DNA of 40,860 nucleotides from Parachlamydiales bacterium (GTDB lineage Bacteria; Chlamydiota; Chlamydiia; Chlamydiales; Parachlamydiaceae): NCBI GenBank assembly GCA_020051235.1, contig JAGVJG010000135.1, positions 1 to 40,860 of the forward strand, read 5' to 3'. Shown piece by piece: positions 34,541 to 40,860 of this stretch (position 1 is its first letter; each line of letters starts with the position of its first letter). The notes under the pieces were generated by a model. It saw only the letters and a program-made list of their open reading frames with translations, ran no database searches and was not told where the DNA came from. The position numbers and the translations under genes were made by a program.

Positions 34541-36085
34541 GGATGCGTGGAACTGGGCGTGGTAGTAGCTGACGATTTCCTCGACGAGCTCTTGTAGGGT
34601 TGGATCGATGTCTTCGAATGAAGGGGCTTGGAAGAGCTCGATTTCGGAATGGATTTCCGCGCGCATGCGTTGAATGAACGCTTCGTTATCTTTTGGATTA
34701 TCGAGATTGAATTCCAGGTCCAGCTCATTTAAGAATTCAACGAGGTGCTTAATGCTGGCCGCTTGGATCTTTAAATCGAAATCGGAAAGGGGAGCCGGTT
34801 TAAGCTTTAATTTTTCTGATAGTTGTAAAGTTAGGAGACGAGTCGCTGAATCTCCGATGATTTTACCCATCATTTGTAGGTATTGATCAACAATTGAGGA
34901 AGGGTGAAGGGGAGAAGGAGTTTTAATTAGGAAGAGTTGTTTTAAAGTTAACTCTCTTCTTTCTCGTTCAGGCTGGACGAGTTCAGGGTCTGATAATAAT
35001 CTTTTTTCCTCGATCGATTCGTAAGGGGTGTCGATAAAGATTTGATTGAGGGTTTGGTGTGTTTCAGACAAAAGCATAAAAGCATGATCTTCTTTGGATA
35101 GAAAATCATAAAATTGAGCCACCGTTTCATGGTAGCTATCATCCGTTAAAGGATGCGCTCTTACTATAGTGTGAGCGAGTTCTTTATGAAAGGCTAAATA
35201 CTCTAGCTTAAGCGATTCAAAAAGCTTCTTTTTATAACGAAAGAGTCGTCTTGCTTTTAGATTTTTGCTGCCGTTTGGAAGCAGGTCATTTGCGGTTTTA
35301 ACTTTACGCTCGATAATCGGTTTTAATAAGGGAATTTGATCAATCCATAAAACAGAAGTGGGGACTAGCCAGTGTGAAAGAGAGAATCCCATATGCTGCA
35401 TAGGATAAGGGTGTCCGTGTTGTATCGATTCAAGATAAACTTGAAAACTGTCCTTAATGGGAATCGAATGACTTTGTTCTCTTCTAAAGTCTCCCACTAT
35501 TCGAGTTACTTCGCCCGGAAGGCCGCTAAATGTTTGGATAAGAGTAACCGATTTTTCATCACGAACGACTTGTGCAATAGGCGCTGAACTTAAGTCGATG
35601 CCTGCTTCTTTATTTCCGGTTTGTTTTTCAACGAGACGAATCGCCTTCATTTTAAGAAGATCACGTTCAGATGGAACGATATCATCACTTAAAAATTGTT
35701 CCTTTGCAAATTCATCGATTTTTCCACTTTTATATTTTTGAACAGAAGGAAGTACTTCAATTTTTAACCGCTGAAGTTCCCCTTCAATTGATTGATTAAA
35801 TTGATCGATAATTTTTAGCGCGTTTTCCGCTAATAATTTTTGTTCTTGAGTGCCTTCTTTAAGTCGATCAAGTAGGGCAAGGTGTGCCTTGATATAACCA
35901 ATGGATTTAATGAGTTCTTTTTGAACAGAAGCTTTTTTTTCAGCTTTAGCTTTCTTATAACTAGATGAAAAAAGGGTTTGAAATAAGTCGGCAGCACGCT
36001 CTAAGGGAGTGACCGGTTTCTCAGCTTCTGATGAAAAAGCTTCGATCTTATCGAGAGCTTTCTTTAACTCCTCATTAGGATTCAT
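34538..36085 (-). CDS. hypothetical protein
   Basis: Uninterrupted 515-aa ORF, helical, with no recognisable motif. It lies 4 nt downstream of the methyltransferase gene in the rluB operon. Confidence 0.65.
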   Translation of the reverse strand: MNPNEELKKALDKIEAFSSEAEKPVTPLERAADLFQTLFSSSYKKAKAEKKASVQKELIKSIGYIKAHLALLDRLKEGTQEQKLLAENALKIIDQFNQSIEGELQRLKIEVLPSVQKYKSGKIDEFAKEQFLSDDIVPSERDLLKMKAIRLVEKQTGNKEAGIDLSSAPIAQVVRDEKSVTLIQTFSGLPGEVTRIVGDFRREQSHSIPIKDSFQVYLESIQHGHPYPMQHMGFSLSHWLVPTSVLWIDQIPLLKPIIERKVKTANDLLPNGSKNLKARRLFRYKKKLFESLKLEYLAFHKELAHTIVRAHPLTDDSYHETVAQFYDFLSKEDHAFMLLSETHQTLNQIFIDTPYESIEEKRLLSDPELVQPERERRELTLKQLFLIKTPSPLHPSSIVDQYLQMMGKIIGDSATRLLTLQLSEKLKLKPAPLSDFDLKIQAASIKHLVEFLNELDLEFNLDNPKDNEAFIQRMRAEIHSEIELFQAPSFEDIDPTLQELVEEIVSYYHAQFHAS

Positions 36086-36089
36086 ACAC

Positions 36090-37151
36090 CTATTCTACAG
36101 GATTAGGCGGTTTCCCTACAGCGGCTTTAACAATAACCGAGCTGTCTTTAGTAATAATAAATTGATTTTTAGCTTCTAAACAATTTTTTAATTCGATCAT
36201 TTCGCCCCTTTTTAAATATTCAAAGGCTCGACTTTCTTTAGGGTGCTCGTCTATTCGAGAGCTAAGGGCTTTTTTGCCGCCTTTCCCGCAAAGATAGAAG
36301 AACTTACCTTGATGACCATCTAGAGGAGGGGAAATCACACGATAATCGGGTAATTCATCGGAAGTGGGCCAGCCTGCTCTATTAACAATCAGATAACTCA
36401 TTTTTAGAGAGCTTTGATTGATTTTTAGGGCTCTTTGGATTTCACCGATTAAATGAGGCTTATAAAATTCTCTTTGAGCGTAGCACGGGGCTTTAGCTTC
36501 TAAAGCAGGACAGGGCCCTCTCCATATACAGGGAGCATGGATAGCATTACCGGCTCTTACAATTTCATCCCTTAAAAATAAGAAATCGCGATTGACCTCT
36601 TCTTGGGAGCTTTCAACGATTAGCAAGTAGCCTGTAGGAGATAATCTATTAATCGCTTTTTCAACTAATCTATAAGGATTCTCTTCCATCAAGAATAACG
36701 AGTGTCCGAGGATGATAAGATCGAATTTGTCTTTAGGTAGTGGATTAGGATAGGACCATTTCTGGCTTTTTACAGGATAGCCCATTCTGCCAATCAAATC
36801 AGAGCCAATGGTAAGTGCCTTATCGTTGTGATCAAGCATGAGGCAGTTTTTGGCGCCTTTCATCAAGGCGGCAAGCGTAAATGCGCCGAATCCGGATCCG
36901 ATATCTAAAACACTATTAATAGGAGTGCCAATTTCACCTAGAAGTGAAAGCCCTTCTTGAAGCCTAACAAAGTTATAATAGAGAAGATAAGGTGAGAGCG
37001 GATCTAATGTTTTAAAATCGAGCGTCTTCATTTGCGAGATGATTTCTCGAAATTCTCGTGTTTGAAGGCGATCTAGAGGCCCTTCTTCTTTAGCTAAGCG
37101 TCTATAAATTAGAATGGATAAACGAAGGTATTCGTCTAGTTGCTCTTTCAT
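36090..37151 (-). CDS. class I SAM-dependent methyltransferase, Rsm22-like (COG5459)
   Basis: Motif I VLDIGSGFGAFTLAAL is present. The Cys cluster HAPCIWRGPCPALEAKAPC resembles the Rsm22-family zinc motif. ATGA overlap with the upstream pseudouridine synthase gene. Confidence 0.55.
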   Translation of the reverse strand: MKEQLDEYLRLSILIYRRLAKEEGPLDRLQTREFREIISQMKTLDFKTLDPLSPYLLYYNFVRLQEGLSLLGEIGTPINSVLDIGSGFGAFTLAALMKGAKNCLMLDHNDKALTIGSDLIGRMGYPVKSQKWSYPNPLPKDKFDLIILGHSLFLMEENPYRLVEKAINRLSPTGYLLIVESSQEEVNRDFLFLRDEIVRAGNAIHAPCIWRGPCPALEAKAPCYAQREFYKPHLIGEIQRALKINQSSLKMSYLIVNRAGWPTSDELPDYRVISPPLDGHQGKFFYLCGKGGKKALSSRIDEHPKESRAFEYLKRGEMIELKNCLEAKNQFIITKDSSVIVKAAVGKPPNPVE

Positions 37152-37846
37152 TGCTTTAATACTGCTTTTTTATCATTTTCATTCATTTCACGGTATTCGC
37201 CGGGTTCAAGCGAGCCAAGCACTAAAGCACCAATTCGAATACGTTTTAAATGAATAACTTTTAGACCTAAATTATCGCAAAGGAGTCGAACTTCTCGTTT
37301 CTTGCCTTCCGCAATAACGATCTTGAATGTACCTCCGCGCACTTTTGTTACTTTAAGCGGCTTTACAAAGTCGCCTTCAATAAACGCACCCTTGGACAGA
37401 GCAACAAGATTTTCATGAGTAATTTCAGCGGCTACTTTTACAAGGTATTCTTTTTCAATATTTTTACTAGGATGGATAATGTCGTTTGCAAAATGGCCAT
37501 CATTAGTAACAATTAAAAGGCCTTCCGTATCTTTATCTAGCCTACCTACCGTAAAGAGGCGTTCATCTTCATCTATTAGGGAGAGCACCGATTTTTCGGG
37601 ATCAGCGTCTACAGAAGTACAGAGGTAACCTTTGGGCTTATTAAGAACAAAGTAAAGCTTTTTTTCTAAACCGACCGGATTTCCACTGACAGCTATTTTA
37701 TCTTTTTCAGGGTCAACTAGAGTCTGGGGAATCTTAACAATTTCACCATTTACTTTGACTTTGCCTTCGAAAATCAATTCTTCGGCTTTTCTGCGCGAGG
37801 CAACGCCCGACTGGGCTAATATTTTACTTAATCTTTGGGGAGACAT
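37148..37846 (-). CDS. rluB: RsuA/RluB-family 23S/16S rRNA pseudouridine synthase
   Basis: S4 domain RLSKILAQSGVASRRKAEELIFEGKVKVNG and catalytic motif GRLDKDTEGLLIVTNDG are present. Confidence 0.85.
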   Translation of the reverse strand: MSPQRLSKILAQSGVASRRKAEELIFEGKVKVNGEIVKIPQTLVDPEKDKIAVSGNPVGLEKKLYFVLNKPKGYLCTSVDADPEKSVLSLIDEDERLFTVGRLDKDTEGLLIVTNDGHFANDIIHPSKNIEKEYLVKVAAEITHENLVALSKGAFIEGDFVKPLKVTKVRGGTFKIVIAEGKKREVRLLCDNLGLKVIHLKRIRIGALVLGSLEPGEYREMNENDKKAVLKQ

Positions 37847-37935
37847 AGAAAAATATTAAAGAACTTCCACTTTTATTAACATAAAATTATAATATTTGAA
37901 GCTTATGAATTATAAAAAGTTTTTGGAGAACCATC

Positions 37936-39567
37936 ATGCGTAAACTATTATTTTTGGTTCCTTTCTACTTAATGGGAATTACGCTAACTGTTGAAGATGA
38001 TTTTAAAACTATCAAAAATTGTTTTTATGTTTCATATGCAATGCACGATCTTAAAAAAGAAAAGTTTGGGTGGGAGATTAATGATCAAGTTGCCCAAATT
38101 GAATCTGAACTTTTCAAAATTCAGTCCGTTCGTCAAGGTCAAAAAGCAATTAGAAAATTTATTAGATCTACAAGAGATTATCACTGCTCCATCCTTTTTG
38201 CATCGACTGAGTATTCGGAGCTTCCTTTTAGAGTATCAGAAGCGTCGGGTCGATACTTTATTAACTGGATCGATAAAGAAAGTAAACTCGCTTTGAAGGT
38301 TGGCGATGAAATCATTGAATTTGATGGTAGACCGATTGCTAAAGTGGTTGACGATCTCATCCAACAAGAAGGGTATCAAGGCTTTCATTTAACCGATAGA
38401 TATCTTGCGCTTGCTCATTTGACCAAAAGATCGGGCACTATGGGATTTGATATGCAGCAAGGAACGGTTGTTTTGACCGTCAAACCGAAAGGATCAAACA
38501 AGCTCACCCATGTTAAAACTCAATGGTTATATGGCCCCGAAATAATTCATGACATGGTCAAAGGATTTAAAAGCATCCCTAAGAAAAAAGAGCCATCTGA
38601 GTTAACAAAGAAACTTCAACGTAAAACATTAGAGGTTCCATTTAGTGTTTATTTTGAAGGAGGAGAGCCTCACGCTCTTGGAGCAAGAAAAAGCTTCCTT
38701 CCTTATCTCGGTAAAATGTTGTGGGAAACCGACGACGATAATTTCTTTCATGCCTATACCTTTATAGGACCTAATAAAAAAGTATATGGCTACATTCGAA
38801 TCCCAACATATAGCGTAAACGAAAATGAAGTACGAGAACTCGAAAAAATCATCATGAAAATGCAAGCAGATACTTCCGCGCTTGTAATTGATCAGATGAA
38901 CAACGGGGGAGGCTCGGCTTTTTTCTTATATAATGTTCTTTCCTATATTGTTAAACAACCTACCGCCATCCCTAAACATTTTTGCACGCTTACCCAAGAA
39001 GATGTTTTTGAATCCCTTCTTGATATATCGATATTAGAGTCTCTTCAATCCGATCAAGAAGCGAAAGATTTGCTAGGAGATGCTTTTGGCGGCTATCCCA
39101 TCGATTTGAAATTTGCAAAATCATTGCAAAAATATTTAATGGAACAACTCCTTACTTGGAGTAATGGCAGAACAACAACGGATGCCATCGCTTTATTTGG
39201 AGTGGATACCGTTTATCCAAGAAATAATGGTTATAAGAAACCCATTCTTGTTTTAACCAATCCTCTTGATTTTTCCTGCGCTGACTTTTTGCCGGCTATA
39301 TTAAAAGATTCCAAAAGAGCCACACTATTGGGGCAAAGAACCGCGGGTGCCGGAGGGGCCGTAACATCCGAGAAATTTAAAAATAGAAGCGGCATATTAT
39401 CGTACAGCTTCACTTGTACAAAAGCTATTCGTCAAAATGGAGAATACATCGAAAATAACGGCATTCAGCCAGACATCGAAGTTGCATTAACTCCTGAAGA
39501 CTTTCAAAATAATTACAATCACTATGTTGGAGAAATTCACAAAGCATTAATATCTTTGATCAAATGA
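37936..39567 (+). CDS. S41-family serine peptidase (tail-specific protease / CPAF-like) with PDZ-like insert
   Basis: Signal-like N-terminus. A PDZ-like segment VGDEIIEFDGRPIAKVV and an S41 core (IDQMNNGGGS, FSCADFLPAILKD, TAGAGG) are present. Confidence 0.65.
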   Translation: MRKLLFLVPFYLMGITLTVEDDFKTIKNCFYVSYAMHDLKKEKFGWEINDQVAQIESELFKIQSVRQGQKAIRKFIRSTRDYHCSILFASTEYSELPFRVSEASGRYFINWIDKESKLALKVGDEIIEFDGRPIAKVVDDLIQQEGYQGFHLTDRYLALAHLTKRSGTMGFDMQQGTVVLTVKPKGSNKLTHVKTQWLYGPEIIHDMVKGFKSIPKKKEPSELTKKLQRKTLEVPFSVYFEGGEPHALGARKSFLPYLGKMLWETDDDNFFHAYTFIGPNKKVYGYIRIPTYSVNENEVRELEKIIMKMQADTSALVIDQMNNGGGSAFFLYNVLSYIVKQPTAIPKHFCTLTQEDVFESLLDISILESLQSDQEAKDLLGDAFGGYPIDLKFAKSLQKYLMEQLLTWSNGRTTTDAIALFGVDTVYPRNNGYKKPILVLTNPLDFSCADFLPAILKDSKRATLLGQRTAGAGGAVTSEKFKNRSGILSYSFTCTKAIRQNGEYIENNGIQPDIEVALTPEDFQNNYNHYVGEIHKALISLIK

Positions 39568-39584
39568 TCTAAGATGTTAATTAA

Positions 39585-40859
39585 ATGGAACCTCCAGACA
39601 GAAAACGCCTTGCACCGATTTACTCATTTCTAGCCCAAAGAGGTTTTTCGCCTCCCGATAGTAGTCAGAAGGGGAGGCAAATTGCCGCTGAAGCACTTCC
39701 CGAAAAAACTCAAAGTAATTTTGTTGCGTTAATTACAAATCCATTAGAGATCGCTGATAAAAAAGGGGAATTCCTTTTTAAGGCTTCTCTTTTAGATATT
39801 AGTACCCATTTTGGTTTGACTGTCTGTGAAGCCGTGTATTTTTTTTCCAGCATCGGAAGATACTTCTTTGAACACGCCTTACAAAGCGGCGCAAGACCTG
39901 GGGACGCTGATGTCTATCATTATCATCCTAAATTCGCCGAAAAGAAAGAGAGAACTAAACAGTTTAAGATCTTTATTGATTGGATGATCGCTTGCACCCA
40001 AGAGCAAAATCCCAAATATTTTAACGGAACCACAAATGTTAAGTTATGTAGAACAGTAGCGGCTGATAGATTTTTTCTAGATCTTTATACAAAAGAATCG
40101 GCGGGTAGATTTGTAAAACTTAAATTTCTTATCGTTACTTTAAATGCATGCTGGTTAGGTGATCAAAAAAGAATTCCGCTTAAAATTGATTTGATATTGT
40201 CAGGTGGTATTCACAATCTATTATTTACCATTGATAGAATCCGATTTTCTCTAAAGAAATATGCTGAAGAAAAAAAAGTAGAAGCGGATGCCAAAGGGAA
40301 AGAAAAGGATTTTGAAGATTTATGTAATAATCGATTACGCGTAGTGAATGATGAAAAGGATCCTGTATTAATAGATAATTTTTCTTTCATTAAACTTATA
40401 AAGAATCGTTTACGGGGTTATGGACTTCCTATAGCCGATGAGGGCCCTTTCAAAGAAGCCGTACTTGATCCGAAGTTGCATCGAGGCAATCCTATCCTTT
40501 TTGACGCGCACTTTACTCAGTTAAAAGAGACCTATAAAGACAAGCCTATCCAAATGATTTTATTTTGGTTTATGGCGCGCATCTTTTTTGGTAAAGAGCA
40601 CAAATTACCAAAGGCTACCTTTTCATCTATTCCTGAAAAATCGTGGGAACATCGTTTGGTTAATTGGATACTCCGATTAGTGCTAGATCATGATGAAGTT
40701 TTCGAAGATGCTCTTCCCGTTTTATCTACCCTTTTGATTGTAAAAATGTGTGAGGATGAAAAAGCATCTATTCGCATTTTTAACGAAGAGCAATTCAGAG
40801 TCGCTTTGACGATTGACGATAAGTTGTATTGCTTTTATATCCCCCTTACTACATTTACT
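39585..40859 (+). CDS. hypothetical protein, 3'-partial (not in supplied ORF track)
   Basis: I translated by hand from the ATG at 39585 (MEPPDRKRLAPIYSF...). The frame stays open for 425 codons to the window edge. I recognise no motif. Confidence 0.6.
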   Translation, partial: MEPPDRKRLAPIYSFLAQRGFSPPDSSQKGRQIAAEALPEKTQSNFVALITNPLEIADKKGEFLFKASLLDISTHFGLTVCEAVYFFSSIGRYFFEHALQSGARPGDADVYHYHPKFAEKKERTKQFKIFIDWMIACTQEQNPKYFNGTTNVKLCRTVAADRFFLDLYTKESAGRFVKLKFLIVTLNACWLGDQKRIPLKIDLILSGGIHNLLFTIDRIRFSLKKYAEEKKVEADAKGKEKDFEDLCNNRLRVVNDEKDPVLIDNFSFIKLIKNRLRGYGLPIADEGPFKEAVLDPKLHRGNPILFDAHFTQLKETYKDKPIQMILFWFMARIFFGKEHKLPKATFSSIPEKSWEHRLVNWILRLVLDHDEVFEDALPVLSTLLIVKMCEDEKASIRIFNEEQFRVALTIDDKLYCFYIPLTTFT

Positions 40860-40860
40860 C

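Noticed and set aside
34369-34728. 119-aa minus-strand ORF in the supplied track
   Set aside because: It runs through the palindromic element and its GC hexamer arm, which gives low-complexity RARARVRARARF. It also overlaps the 3' end of the well-supported 515-aa gene in another frame. It is an artefact of repeat composition.
37991-38296. 101-aa plus-strand ORF inside the S41 protease gene
   Set aside because: It is an out-of-frame ORF wholly inside a longer motif-bearing CDS, and its Lys/Leu-rich sequence is typical of AT-rich off-frames. The small ORFs at 12467, 13387, 15403, 876, 1442, 2758, 8267, 8705, 10588 and 11610 are rejected for the same reason.

Overview
AT-rich, densely coding 40.9-kb bacterial chromosomal window with about 40 credible CDSs. 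I saw no rRNA, tRNA, CRISPR array, transposase or integrase. The housekeeping backbone comprises a shikimate cluster (aroA-aroK fusion, aroC, aroB), ubiE/menG, nagA, RNase Y, oppD/oppF, an rluB-type pseudouridine synthase, an HI0933-type flavoprotein, a dienelactone hydrolase, a photolyase-related protein and an S41 (CPAF/Tsp-like) protease. This gene content, together with an NqrM-like peptide and eukaryote-like RING, LRR and TMEM14 proteins, suggests a Chlamydia-related (environmental Chlamydiota) genome. That is inference only, since no database search was possible. The standout is an 11.9-kb array (4988-16843) of ten same-strand uncharacterised paralogs with start/stop overlaps. Seven share a ~90-aa N-terminal module ending in DFFKHLxCxTTEYDK(V/I), fused to divergent helical C-termini. 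Three share a near-identical N-terminal membrane anchor, and one of those carries leucine-rich repeats. I read the array as a lineage-specific secreted-effector or host-interaction family expansion whose N-terminal module I cannot assign to any named family. Other notable items are a membrane-anchored RING-H2 protein translationally coupled to nagA, and three related long imperfect palindromes that fill the space between convergent stop codons. One palindrome carries an orphan RHH antitoxin-like gene in its loop, and one has GC-rich (CCCGTG)n outer arms.
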